Shown piece by piece: positions 9,808 to 19,785 of a DNA stretch of 64,000 nt. The stretch spans positions 11,770 to 75,769 of the forward strand of contig JAJZXE010000002.1 of the NCBI GenBank assembly GCA_021802505.1. Reading direction: 5' to 3'. Below the pieces are notes generated by a model. The model was not told the origin of the DNA, did not search any database, and saw nothing but the letters and a program-made list of their open reading frames with translations. The stretch's first letter is position 1; each line of letters opens with the position of its first letter. The translations under genes and the position numbers were made by a program. Origin of the DNA: Nanobdellota archaeon (GTDB lineage: Archaea > Nanobdellota > Nanobdellia > Parvarchaeales > Parvarchaeaceae).

Positions 9808-10440
9808 ATGGTCTTTAGCCAGGTAAATATAAACATCCGGGACGGCAGAAAGGAGATCGTAAAAAAATATAATGGTTTTAATTCTTCCAAATGGTGGCTT
9901 TCCCGGTTACTTCATCCGTTTTATCCGTTTGCTTCCTCGTCAAAGAGCAGACTTGAAAGAGAATTAAACTTTTTAAGATCCGAAAACAAACTGAAAAAAC
10001 CGGAAGTTTATAGTTTTAATATGGATGAGAGGGAGATAAGGCGGCAGTTCATAGAGGGAAAGAATGATTACTGCAACGGCGGCGGAATAGGAAAGTTATT
10101 GTCAGAGGTGCATAAAGAAGGTTATGTTCTTGGGGATTCAAAGCTTGATAATTTCATATGCAATTCCGATTCCGTTTATATAATCGATGCGGAGCAGGCA
10201 ATCCATGCAGATAAAAACAGATACAGGTACTGGGATGTCTCACTGCTTTTGTTGTCCGCCGGTTATTACAATTATTCAAATATAGAGGGGTTTAAGTCGT
10301 TTATTGATGGTTTTTCAAGGGAGTATGCCTACTGGAAAGGATACCGGGAAAGAGTCTTAAAAGGGCCGTATTCCCTGCTTTTTTTGTTAATGCCCGTACA
10401 GCATGTTGCAGCGTTAAGGAAGGCACTGCTTGACCGCTAG
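9808..10440 (+). CDS. Atypical protein kinase-like/phosphotransferase fold protein
   Basis: IVKKY, RLERE, VHKEGYVLGDSKLDNF, IIDAEQA. ATG at 9808 chosen over TTG at 9799. Confidence 0.65.
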   Translation: MVFSQVNINIRDGRKEIVKKYNGFNSSKWWLSRLLHPFYPFASSSKSRLERELNFLRSENKLKKPEVYSFNMDEREIRRQFIEGKNDYCNGGGIGKLLSEVHKEGYVLGDSKLDNFICNSDSVYIIDAEQAIHADKNRYRYWDVSLLLLSAGYYNYSNIEGFKSFIDGFSREYAYWKGYRERVLKGPYSLLFLLMPVQHVAALRKALLDR

Positions 10441-10455
10441 AATCTTTCTGCTGTC

Positions 10456-11136
10456 TTATTCTTTTTCGCTGTTTGTGTTATAGTTTAAGAGTTTCATCAT
10501 CTTATTCTTTATGTGCGCACCGCGCCACAGAGCGGACAATATCATCATATTGATCACAAAGAACATGTCTCCGAGTCCGACAAGAAAGGCGGCGTATTCG
10601 CGCGGCGTTATCAATCCCTCCTTTGCAAGCGGAAGTATTGCAACCGCATTCATCGCTATCCAGAAAGGGTAGATTATCTCGCTTTCCTTCTGATACAACC
10701 CGTTTTTCTTCAGGTATTTCACCTCTGTTTTGTCGAGATAATTCAGAAGGTGCATCTTCGTAAAGCTGTCCTTTGAATTAAACCAGACTGAGTTGTATAT
10801 ATTATATCCGTTTTTCAACAGATCTTTTTCAAACGTGCGGAGAGCGGAGTAGGCGGTGCCGAAATAATATGCACTTTGGTTGAAGCCCTTTACCGCATAT
10901 TTTTTCATGTAATCGGATGCTGCGGAATAATACATGCCGAAAACGTATTTAAACTGGGATGGGTTCTTTACCGATTCTTCCTCCAATCTCCTATACCTCT
11001 TTTCTCCCACCTTATCCTTGAATTCCGACAGAATTGAATGTAGATCATATCTGGATTTATCCTTTATTTTTTTATCAGGATTTATTGAAACATCCAGCAA
11101 AGAAACGAGATCGGTCCCTTCTTTCTGTTCCGCCAT
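10456..11136 (-). CDS. Hypothetical protein with two C-terminal TM helices
   Basis: 226-aa ORF with hydrophobic C-terminus. Confidence 0.65.
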   Translation of the reverse strand: MAEQKEGTDLVSLLDVSINPDKKIKDKSRYDLHSILSEFKDKVGEKRYRRLEEESVKNPSQFKYVFGMYYSAASDYMKKYAVKGFNQSAYYFGTAYSALRTFEKDLLKNGYNIYNSVWFNSKDSFTKMHLLNYLDKTEVKYLKKNGLYQKESEIIYPFWIAMNAVAILPLAKEGLITPREYAAFLVGLGDMFFVINMMILSALWRGAHIKNKMMKLLNYNTNSEKE

Positions 11137-11167
11137 CTGATTTATGGTTTTTTATAGAATTTATACC

Positions 11168-11722
11168 CTATTTTCTGAGCCGTACAGCCCACGCCGCTAA
11201 TTTTTCAACCAGATCCTTTATTAAGGTCACGGTATCCTCATCGATAAACAAGCCCTTTTCCACTTTTTCGCCCGCGCCTCCGATGAAGACCTGCGGTCTC
11301 TCCAGGGGATGAGCATTCAAAAAAGAGAATATCTGCCGTAGATGATATTGTGCAACCGCCGTCCCTATTATGGCGCCGCCGCTCGCACCTATCGTTGCAA
11401 CCGGCTTATCATCAAAGGAATTGTTGCCGTATGGCCTGGAAGCCCAGTCTATCGCATTCTTTAATACTCCAGGAATCGATCTGTTGTATTCCGGTGTTGC
11501 AATCAGTATTGCGTCCGCCCCCGTTAGGGCGTTTTTAAAGTTTCTCACGCTTTCCGGCATGCTGCCCTCTTCGTCCTGGTTGTAGAGAGGTATGCCGTTT
11601 AAATCGAGTACGTTTATTTCTATGTTTTCAGGTGCGTATTTCTTTGCCGTATTTATTATTGCCTTGTTGAAGGAATCCTGTCTCAGGCTGCCGGCAAATG
11701 CAGCTATGACGATTTTTTCCAT
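11168..11722 (-). CDS. NADPH-dependent FMN reductase (ChrR-like)
   Basis: GSLRQDSFN, TPEYNRSIPGVLKNAIDWASRP. Confidence 0.95.
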   Translation of the reverse strand: MEKIVIAAFAGSLRQDSFNKAIINTAKKYAPENIEINVLDLNGIPLYNQDEEGSMPESVRNFKNALTGADAILIATPEYNRSIPGVLKNAIDWASRPYGNNSFDDKPVATIGASGGAIIGTAVAQYHLRQIFSFLNAHPLERPQVFIGGAGEKVEKGLFIDEDTVTLIKDLVEKLAAWAVRLRK

Positions 11723-11778
11723 TCTTTAATTATTTCATTAAGATATATAAACATTTCTATTATATCGTAGGAACGATA

Positions 11779-12831
11779 TTATCTTTTGAACGATAAAATC
11801 CTGGATTTTATGCTGTTAAGCCGGTCTATTGTGATTCCGCGTTCATCCTCAACCGTAAATCCGAAATCCGCGAAAAATCTGGTATAGGATTCAATAAGTT
11901 TTACCGAATGTCCATATGATATATAAGAGGAAGAGGGTATGTGATACTTCAGTTCCAACGGCGAGAATATCAGCTTTCCCCCGCGGTTTATCGCTGAAAG
12001 TATACTTTTAATGAAAAGCAGGTAGGATGGCTGGTATATATATGAGTTTAAGGCGATTATACCGTTGTATTTTCTGTCGGATTTGAATTTTTCGGGAATG
12101 CCGTCTATGAAGCGTATCTTATCCCCGAATTCGCCCTTTAATTTTCCCCTTATTTCAGGGGATAATTCAACCGCATCAACTGTTCCGAATTTTTTAATGA
12201 GAGCGTTCGTTATCCTGCCGTATCCGGGGTTTATCTGCAGTATAGGGGGCTTGATGTTTTCTATTATGTCATTTATCTTGCCCACAGTCTTCATATCCAG
12301 ATAATTTTTATATCTGAAAAACGGATGATTGCTTTTTGATGAGCATGAAAACTGTTCGAAAGAATAATTTGGACGGTTGTCGAATGTATTTTTTATACGT
12401 TTATATTCCCCTTTAAGAACCGGAAAATGCATGGATAGGAAACACATCGCATCTACAACCCTCCAGCTCACATTCAGCAGGTTTTTTATTTCACTTATCT
12501 TTATCCACTTTGCATCTATCGTTTCCTTGTCCACTACGTCAAGAGCATGCGGCTCGCCTGAAAACGAAGTTATCAGGAAAAAACAATCAATTCCGGTGTG
12601 CAGCCAGTGTACCGCCTCATTTTTTTGTCCCAGTGACGTTATACTTTTGGCTGTTATGTCCACCTCTTCCTTTATCTCGCGCTTTACCGCTTCTTCGGGA
12701 GTTTCTCCCTCTTCTATTCCCCCGCCGGGAACCTCCCATATCCTGCCGAGTTTTAATTTTCTCAGGTCTATAAGAATATAATTGCCCTTCTTTATGATCC
12801 CTATCGCGGCTTTATTCCCCACATTATCCAT
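11779..12831 (-). CDS. NUDIX hydrolase fused to a methyltransferase-like domain
   Basis: PGGGIEEGETPEEAVKREIKEE; C-terminal ILQINPGYGR...VDAVELS...GGKLIF. Confidence 0.75.
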   Translation of the reverse strand: MDNVGNKAAIGIIKKGNYILIDLRKLKLGRIWEVPGGGIEEGETPEEAVKREIKEEVDITAKSITSLGQKNEAVHWLHTGIDCFFLITSFSGEPHALDVVDKETIDAKWIKISEIKNLLNVSWRVVDAMCFLSMHFPVLKGEYKRIKNTFDNRPNYSFEQFSCSSKSNHPFFRYKNYLDMKTVGKINDIIENIKPPILQINPGYGRITNALIKKFGTVDAVELSPEIRGKLKGEFGDKIRFIDGIPEKFKSDRKYNGIIALNSYIYQPSYLLFIKSILSAINRGGKLIFSPLELKYHIPSSSYISYGHSVKLIESYTRFFADFGFTVEDERGITIDRLNSIKSRILSFKR

Positions 12832-12903
12832 ATTTTTTTAAACCATCCAAAGATTAAACCCTTTTCATGATAAGCGTATATATTATTATTTCATAATCAG
12901 TTA

Positions 12904-14106
12904 ATGAAAAATACAGACGGGGAGGAAAGGACTTTCAAGTTCTTTTTGATTTCAAGGGCTACGAGAAGCATCTCGCTTATATTTGTCACGCTGGCCCTAC
13001 CACTGTATCTTTTTGCACTGCATTACAATATAATATCCATAGGGATAATATATTTCGTTATAATGTCATTTAACGCGGTGTTATCGCTTCTCTTGGGTGC
13101 ACTGGGTGACAGGGTCGGATACAAAAAATCCCTTATAATCGGAGAATTTTTCCCGCTCACAGCGCTGATTATGCTCGCGCTTTCAACTAATTTTTTCGTG
13201 ATAGTCATCGCCGCAGTGATAGGCGGGATCGCGGGCATTGCGGGGGGGATGCGCGGTACTTTTTCACCGGGATCTACAGCGCTTATAGTAAGCAACTGGG
13301 AAGAGCAGAAAGAGAGGGTAAAAAAACTCGCGCAGACGACTTATGTAGGGTCCGGCTTCGCCATATTCGGAGGCCTGCTGCTTTATCTGCGAAGCTTTCT
13401 TATAAATTCTATCGGAGACATACTCAGTTTCAGGCTATTATTCGGGTTTTCGGCGTTTATGATACTGATATCACTCATATCTTTACTGTTTGTGACTGAG
13501 GTCAGACGACCGAAGAAAACTACAAGGGTGATGAAAAAGGAAAGCGCTAAATACTCTCTGAGGATAATAACCGCGAATCTGTTCAATGGTTTTGGTATGG
13601 GGGTCGCATTGCCCCTGCTCCCGCTGTGGTTTGAACTGAGATTTGGTGTGGATACCGGTCTGATAGGGATAATATATACCATCTCCTATGCGGCCACTGC
13701 AATTGCCGCGTATCTGGCATCCAAACGGGCATATCTCACAAAATTTTCCATAGTGTTTACGGCATCATATACCAGAACACTGCAGGGAGCAATGCTAATC
13801 ATCATTGCCTTTTCTCCTCTTTTTATACTATCCTCTGTTTTCTTCATGATACGTTCCTTCATTGCGGGCTTTGGATCGCCGTCCAGAAGCGCAGTCAACA
13901 TGAGCGGAGTTAATTCCCAGGATTACGGAACGGCGTCAAGCGTGATGGGCGTAGCAAACAGGGTATCGCAGACGAGTTCCGGTCTATCCGGATACCTTAT
14001 GGACATTTCACTTCCTTTCCCGGTTTTATTGGGAGGGCTACTGCAGACCATAGGAGGTTTTGTCTACTATAGAGTGCTCACACCTAAAAGAAAAAAGGGC
14101 TTATAA
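12904..14106 (+). CDS. MFS transporter
   Basis: About 12 TM helices, GALGDRVGYK motif A. Confidence 0.9.
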   Translation: MKNTDGEERTFKFFLISRATRSISLIFVTLALPLYLFALHYNIISIGIIYFVIMSFNAVLSLLLGALGDRVGYKKSLIIGEFFPLTALIMLALSTNFFVIVIAAVIGGIAGIAGGMRGTFSPGSTALIVSNWEEQKERVKKLAQTTYVGSGFAIFGGLLLYLRSFLINSIGDILSFRLLFGFSAFMILISLISLLFVTEVRRPKKTTRVMKKESAKYSLRIITANLFNGFGMGVALPLLPLWFELRFGVDTGLIGIIYTISYAATAIAAYLASKRAYLTKFSIVFTASYTRTLQGAMLIIIAFSPLFILSSVFFMIRSFIAGFGSPSRSAVNMSGVNSQDYGTASSVMGVANRVSQTSSGLSGYLMDISLPFPVLLGGLLQTIGGFVYYRVLTPKRKKGL

Positions 14107-14128
14107 ACCATCAAGTTTTGTAAATGTA

Positions 14129-14689
14129 ATGAGCCTGGACTCCCTGGTAGACGATAAAAGTGAAGCGTTACCGGGCGATAAAAATATCAGATACTATTTT
14201 AGGAAGATTTATCTGGAGATTAAAAATTTTTATAAAACGAATCTTTCGGTTAAATTTAAACTGCTCTACGAAAGCGCTGCAGTATTATCCGACAGGCTGC
14301 TTACTGTTTTCGGCATAGATTACCGGGGCGGGCAGGAGGCGAATCCCATCATGGCTAAACTGTTCAATTACATCGGGATGATACCGACTGCGATAGGCTC
14401 ATACCTGGCTGCAAACATATTTTTTTATGTATTTTCCAAAAAGCTTCACAGCAAGGTAGGGCTGCAGAACAGAGAAATGCTGGGAGGCATTTATTTGGGC
14501 CTGGCGGGAGCCGAGTCCCTTGTATCGCTGCATAATTACCTTACCATTAACAACTACAATGACATAATCGCAAATATGAGTTATACCCAGGTACTTTTAC
14601 CAGTAAGTTTGATAGTGGCTGCACCTTTTCTTTATTATTTTTCAAAAAATTATCTTAGAAATAAGCGTGAGGAAAATACAGTCAACTAA
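14129..14689 (+). CDS. Hypothetical membrane protein (DUF5658-like D..LT....G..EANP motif)
   Basis: SDRLLTVFGIDYRGGQEANPIM. ATG at 14129 avoids overlap with the MFS gene. Confidence 0.6.
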   Translation: MSLDSLVDDKSEALPGDKNIRYYFRKIYLEIKNFYKTNLSVKFKLLYESAAVLSDRLLTVFGIDYRGGQEANPIMAKLFNYIGMIPTAIGSYLAANIFFYVFSKKLHSKVGLQNREMLGGIYLGLAGAESLVSLHNYLTINNYNDIIANMSYTQVLLPVSLIVAAPFLYYFSKNYLRNKREENTVN

Positions 14690-15555
14690 TCTACATAAAA
14701 TTCAAGCGAGAATATCTTCATTCTCTCATTTCTTTCCACAGGTTTCAGTCTCGGCATGTATTTTCTTATTACCTTCACTTCGGGTTCCTTGAATCCGTCA
14801 ACGACTGCAATATATCCTCTGTTATTTACCGCTGAAACTGTTGAAGAATTGCCGCATGATGATAATACCTGCAGATCAAGATTGTTTATGCCGTGTTCTT
14901 TTAATATGCCTGCATCCGCACAGATTTCTACGGAGGTTTTTATCCCGTTAAAATCAATTATCGGGTCTTTCCCGTAGGATAGGGAATAATCCGGATCCTT
15001 CGATGTCTCCGAGGGATAAAGCATTAAACTGCCCTCTAAATTGAACTTGGATCCGAGGCCATCGTTAAATTTATACACTGCCTTAAGCACTTTACCATCT
15101 TTTATTACCGGCATAACATTATAAAGTATCCTGTCCTTGTCATAGAACATGGCTGTACCAGGGTAAATCAACATCCCGGAGTTTTTGCTCGCGCTGGCGA
15201 CAGCTGTTAATATCTTTTCAAATTCTTTTTTTGAGTGCGGAATATACGGATAATCGTTAAATTTATCAGATTCCATATCCGCCTTTTCAATCAGTATCTT
15301 TTTTGCATCCCTGGGTGCATATTCTATATAATCTGGCGCATTGAATAGGATATCAATCACCTTTGAGATCTTTTTGCCTTTTATCATGCCTTTCGAGAAT
15401 ACTCCGGGTGGACAGGTAAGACTCCATTCCGGGCCTATCAGTACATCTATTCCCCTTTCTTTTGCATATTTTATGTTTTCTATGACCTCATACGGACTTC
15501 CGTATTCCTGTGTTTCCAGGTTGGTCATTGCACCTAAAAGCATTTCTAATCTCAT
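14686..15555 (-). CDS. Divergent carbon-nitrogen hydrolase (nitrilase-fold) protein, paralog 1
   Basis: LIGPEW (Glu), YK (Lys), EICAD (Cys) triad; PGT; YNVMPV. Confidence 0.65.
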   Translation of the reverse strand: MRLEMLLGAMTNLETQEYGSPYEVIENIKYAKERGIDVLIGPEWSLTCPPGVFSKGMIKGKKISKVIDILFNAPDYIEYAPRDAKKILIEKADMESDKFNDYPYIPHSKKEFEKILTAVASASKNSGMLIYPGTAMFYDKDRILYNVMPVIKDGKVLKAVYKFNDGLGSKFNLEGSLMLYPSETSKDPDYSLSYGKDPIIDFNGIKTSVEICADAGILKEHGINNLDLQVLSSCGNSSTVSAVNNRGYIAVVDGFKEPEVKVIRKYMPRLKPVERNERMKIFSLEFYVD

Positions 15556-15611
15556 TTTGTTTATTAGAAAGTAGATAATATTAATAGTTTTTCTTTAAAT
15601 CAATGACAGCT

Positions 15612-16253
15612 TTAAGGAGGAGCGGCTAAATGCGCAGGAACTGCAACTCCACCTATATAGGCCGCGAGCAGCGAACCCAGTGTTATAAAGAGAAGGAATA
15701 GGACGATAAATATTATATAATTTCTATTCAGAGGTTTATTGCTCCCATTGCTTCTATATCTGTCCATAATTAATGTAGTAGGATATGCAAATATGCCTGC
15801 TAGACCGAAAGCTGTATAAAGCCCCAACAATGCGAGCGGGGAATTCGTGTAACCTAGGTTATATCCCGACACGCCGTATTCTATCAGAACCAATCCGGCA
15901 AATAACGCCATCAAACCGACATACTGCAGCTTCTGGTTGTATTTGACAGATAAGACAAACCCTAAGGAGATTATTCCCAATAGAATGTACGGATCATAGA
16001 AAAGCAGATTATATGCACCCGGTAAACTCCAGGTAATCTCTCCATAGAAACCCATTACAAGTATGAACACGGTAATAGCGGCAACCATATATATGGAACC
16101 CTGGAGATGAGATTCTATGCTCACTTTTGAATTGGATTTATTTACGTACCTCGCTCTGTAATCCCTGTATATTGCAAGAACCACATAATCCATCAAAAAT
16201 CCTAGAAATGCTACTGTAAACAATTCCAAAGCCAACTCATCTACAAAACCCAT
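15612..16253 (-). CDS. DUF981-family membrane protein
   Basis: FVDELA N-terminus, TWSLPGAYNLLFYDPY, C-terminal AHL. Confidence 0.75.
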   Translation of the reverse strand: MGFVDELALELFTVAFLGFLMDYVVLAIYRDYRARYVNKSNSKVSIESHLQGSIYMVAAITVFILVMGFYGEITWSLPGAYNLLFYDPYILLGIISLGFVLSVKYNQKLQYVGLMALFAGLVLIEYGVSGYNLGYTNSPLALLGLYTAFGLAGIFAYPTTLIMDRYRSNGSNKPLNRNYIIFIVLFLLFITLGSLLAAYIGGVAVPAHLAAPP

Positions 16254-16305
16254 AATTATTACGACTTTTATAACGTTATATAGTTATGCTATCCTTAGGG
16301 TTAGC

Positions 16306-17748
16306 CTATTTCTTTGTCCTGCGCATCTCCGGATTCGTATACCTGTTCCAGAACAATTTATATAATTTAAGTTTATCCGGTAATCTGTTCAGATATGGAA
16401 TGAACGGGAAAAGCAGAAGGACGAAAAACACCAACAAAGCTACGGAACCGTTGTAGAGATCGGTCCACCACGGTATGTTCGCCGTTTCTATTTCAAGCAG
16501 GTTATACGGGATCAGCCAGTACTGTATCGACCATGGCGGAGCCCCGACCCTGAGCATTCCAAACTGTGCGGTCCTCAAGCCATAATGTGTAGCCGCGGTC
16601 GTTAAAGCGCCTGTATCATACAGAAATCTGAGAACATAAGTTTCATCCAGTCCGCTAGCGCTTTCATTCTGTACAACAAACTGGTATTCTCCGGATTCCG
16701 CCATTTGGGTAAGTTCTGCCGTCGCAACTAACAGGGGATTATTGGAATTCATTGCGTTTGCAACGGAGCCGTTGTTTTCAAAATAGGAATACGCCTGTGC
16801 AAAATCAAGTTTCTGCTGCGAGGCGTTTTCAGCGGATAAAACCGCGAGTTCATCCGTTTTGTTTGCGGACTGGATATAAAAGGAATAAGGTACGGAAAAA
16901 TAAACGGATCTCGTGCTGAAAGTATAAGGATCTATGGTGTCCAGGTATGTTGCCGTGCCCGATGAGAAATTGTATTCCTGCAGTAATGTCGCCGCGGTAT
17001 TCGAAGGGTTTGAATCTGCGGCCTGGCTTATCGTAAGCGGCGCTATATACGGAGAGCTGAATACAAATGCGAATACCATTACTATTATAAATATATACAC
17101 CATCCTTCTGTACATTTTTTTATGGTCCGCTTTCACCATCTTATACGGAATGTCTTTTCTATAAGGTTTGCTCAGTCCGTCTTTTTTAACGAGAGAATAA
17201 TGGAGAAAGATAAGCAATAACAGCATAATGGGTATGATCGCTACATGCCATCCTAAAACTGCGCCCTGATTCAACGGATTTACCCAGAAACCCAGGCCGA
17301 ATCCGTTCCACAGGTCAGCGCCCGCCTTGTCATTCCACTGCGAAAGCAGTCCGCCCTGGACTCCCACCCCGAATGCAAATTCAAGAAGAACGAGCATCAA
17401 TAAGACACTGCCTATCATCCAAACCAGTTTTTTCTTTTTAAACGCAGACGTCGAAAAATTCACAAATAAATGTATAAACATCAGGGTCACAAACGCCTCT
17501 GCCGCCCACAGGTGGATACTCCTGAAAAGAGTACCGACAGCGGTTGTATCCCACCAGTACGGGCCAAAGATAAGCATAACCATTCCTGTAAGAGCAAGTA
17601 TCACAAACAATTCCAGAAGATATATCCCTATGGTGAAAAAGAAGCTGTTTCCGTAGGAAGGGACGTATTTTATGTACTGATCCTGCATCAGACCGATAAT
17701 CGGCTTAAAAAACGCCTTTATTCCCTTTTCATCGTCATTCATATTCAT
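16306..17748 (-). CDS. Cytochrome b/b6 N-terminal-domain protein with extracellular insert
   Basis: Four heme-ligand His: RSIHLWAAEAFVTLMFIH and GWHVAIIPIMLLLLIFLH. Confidence 0.85.
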   Translation of the reverse strand: MNMNDDEKGIKAFFKPIIGLMQDQYIKYVPSYGNSFFFTIGIYLLELFVILALTGMVMLIFGPYWWDTTAVGTLFRSIHLWAAEAFVTLMFIHLFVNFSTSAFKKKKLVWMIGSVLLMLVLLEFAFGVGVQGGLLSQWNDKAGADLWNGFGLGFWVNPLNQGAVLGWHVAIIPIMLLLLIFLHYSLVKKDGLSKPYRKDIPYKMVKADHKKMYRRMVYIFIIVMVFAFVFSSPYIAPLTISQAADSNPSNTAATLLQEYNFSSGTATYLDTIDPYTFSTRSVYFSVPYSFYIQSANKTDELAVLSAENASQQKLDFAQAYSYFENNGSVANAMNSNNPLLVATAELTQMAESGEYQFVVQNESASGLDETYVLRFLYDTGALTTAATHYGLRTAQFGMLRVGAPPWSIQYWLIPYNLLEIETANIPWWTDLYNGSVALLVFFVLLLFPFIPYLNRLPDKLKLYKLFWNRYTNPEMRRTKK

Positions 17749-17783
17749 ATCTCTGTTTCATTATTTTTATAAAATACTGTAAC

Positions 17784-18140
17784 TCAATGGTTATTACCAT
17801 TCGGTCCCTGTTCGCATTCCCCGCAGGGCTTGATCTCCGCTACTCTGCCTTTACAATTGGCAGTTTTGAAGGATTCAAATTCTGATAACAGCTTGATTCC
17901 GCTTTCCGTAACGTTGTATTCGCTTCTCTTTAGTTTGCCGTCATAATATATTTTTTTTGTGATAAGCTCTCTCTTTATGAGGTCATTCAGTGCTTTATTC
18001 AGCGTTTTCGGATATATATTGACGTTTAAACCCAGTAACTTATCAAAATTTATGTTCTTATTGTTGTTTATCTCTTCAAGTATGGAAGCGTCCCATTTCT
18101 TTCCGAGCACGTTTAAGAGATCTATAGTGCTGCATGTCAT
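17784..18140 (-). CDS. HxlR-family transcriptional regulator
   Basis: CSTIDLLNVLGKKW...PKTLNKALNDL...RSEYNVTESG; Cys-rich tail. Confidence 0.85.
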   Translation of the reverse strand: MTCSTIDLLNVLGKKWDASILEEINNNKNINFDKLLGLNVNIYPKTLNKALNDLIKRELITKKIYYDGKLKRSEYNVTESGIKLLSEFESFKTANCKGRVAEIKPCGECEQGPNGNNH

Positions 18141-18172
18141 AACTATCCATTGTTCTTTTTATTTTAATGCCT

Positions 18173-19066
18173 TTAATCCGTCTTTTCTTCCTTGAAATTG
18201 TAATTATTTATCTTGTCCTCGCTTTTCTTGTGCTGTTTGGATATGGGCTCGGTGTAATATTTCTCCTCCAGATCAGACAGCAAGGATAGGTCTTCTCTGC
18301 TTAAATCCAAGGCCGCCGCGGCTATATCCTCTTTCATGTGCTCCATATTGCTCGCTTTTGGAATCGGGAATGTATTCTCTTTATGCAGGAGCCAGCTCAA
18401 CGAAACCTGCGCGGGAGTCGCTGAATATCTTTCCGCTACCTTTTTAAGGTCGGAAAGAAGTGCGGTATTGCTGAAAATTTTACCGTGAGACAGCGGGCTG
18501 TAGGCTATTACGGCGATGCCATTGTCTTTACAGTAGTCGAATAATCCGCTTTTTTCAATGTCCCTGGTGATTATGCTGTATTCCACCTGGTTCGAAGAGA
18601 TTTCATACTTGGACATTGCTGCCTGGGCTTCTTTTGTTTCTTCCAGTGAAAAATTACTTATCCCGATGTGCCTTATCTTTCCGTCTTCGACGAGCTTTTC
18701 CATGGCCCGCATTGTTTCTTTTATCGGAATGGACTTGCTCGGCCAATGCAGCTGATAAAGATCAAGGTAATCCGTTCCCAGGTTTTTAAGGCTGTTTTCG
18801 CACGCGTTTATAACATCGTCATATTTGAAATGTGTAGGCCAGACTTTGCTTGCTATAAAAAGTTTCTCCCTATCGTAGCCTTCTATTGATTCCTTAACAA
18901 CCGGTTCGGTACCATACATTTCCGCGGTGTCTATGAAATTAATGCCGTTGTCTACCGCATATCTTATCGCTCTTACGTTTTCTTCCCTGTTGCTGCTGAG
19001 TTCCCACGTGCCTACTCCCATTACGGACAATTGTCTTTTGGTCTTATTGAATTCCTTCATTTCCAT
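18173..19066 (-). CDS. Aldo/keto reductase
   Basis: DTAEMYG, LDLYQLHWP, IGISNF, YSPL, IPKAS. Confidence 0.95.
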   Translation of the reverse strand: MEMKEFNKTKRQLSVMGVGTWELSSNREENVRAIRYAVDNGINFIDTAEMYGTEPVVKESIEGYDREKLFIASKVWPTHFKYDDVINACENSLKNLGTDYLDLYQLHWPSKSIPIKETMRAMEKLVEDGKIRHIGISNFSLEETKEAQAAMSKYEISSNQVEYSIITRDIEKSGLFDYCKDNGIAVIAYSPLSHGKIFSNTALLSDLKKVAERYSATPAQVSLSWLLHKENTFPIPKASNMEHMKEDIAAAALDLSREDLSLLSDLEEKYYTEPISKQHKKSEDKINNYNFKEEKTD

Positions 19067-19113
19067 ATTACCGTTAAAAAGGTGATTATATTTATAAATA
19101 TCAGGCGGGTAAC

Positions 19114-19701
19114 TCAGCCCAAATCGCTTATTATCTCGTCTGTCGTTAAAACATCAAAAAGCTTTTTCATGTTCGCAGTGGATCTTTCATGCGCTTCTTT
19201 ATCGCTTGAAGAAGAGGCATCTGAGGCTACAACTGTATAAAAACCCCTGTTGGAGGAGTCTCTGGCGGTTGATTCGACGCCTACCTCGGTGGCTATTCCC
19301 GCTATGATCAGTGTTTCTATTCCGGCATTCCTTGCCATCAATTCAAAATTCGTGCCGATGAAAATACTTGCCGTATTTTTATTTATCACTATCTCGTTTT
19401 TATCCGGAGGTATTTCGAGTTCAAACATCTCCGCCGGCAGCCGGGAAAGATCGAATTTCAGTTTACCCAAAGAGTATTTTCTGGCCGGAGATTCAAATTC
19501 CTGCGGCAGGGGTGTTATCTTTGTGAAAAATACGGGTATTTTTTTACTCCTTGCGGTGTTGATGAGATTATTCATGTTTTTAAGAAATTCCTCTTTATTG
19601 TATATACTGTTAACAAGCATTTTCTGCACATCCCACACTATCAAGGCGGTGTGCTCTGCTTTCAGTATCTCATTCATTTTGGTGTAGACTTTCCTTTCCA
19701 T
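19114..19701 (-). CDS. Isochorismatase-family hydrolase (YecD-like)
   Basis: ALIVWDVQ, K..ASIF, GIATEVGVESTARD. Confidence 0.9.
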   Translation of the reverse strand: MERKVYTKMNEILKAEHTALIVWDVQKMLVNSIYNKEEFLKNMNNLINTARSKKIPVFFTKITPLPQEFESPARKYSLGKLKFDLSRLPAEMFELEIPPDKNEIVINKNTASIFIGTNFELMARNAGIETLIIAGIATEVGVESTARDSSNRGFYTVVASDASSSSDKEAHERSTANMKKLFDVLTTDEIISDLG

Positions 19702-19785
19702 TTATTGTATACAGAGGCTGGATTTAAAAATTTTTTGGTTAAATCTTCAAAGTTTTATAATAAAGCTTCCATATAATAATATCAG

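Noticed and set aside
19114-19701. Loss of the catalytic Cys in the isochorismatase (TEVGV)
   Set aside because: Gly at this position is normal for the YecD-like subfamily
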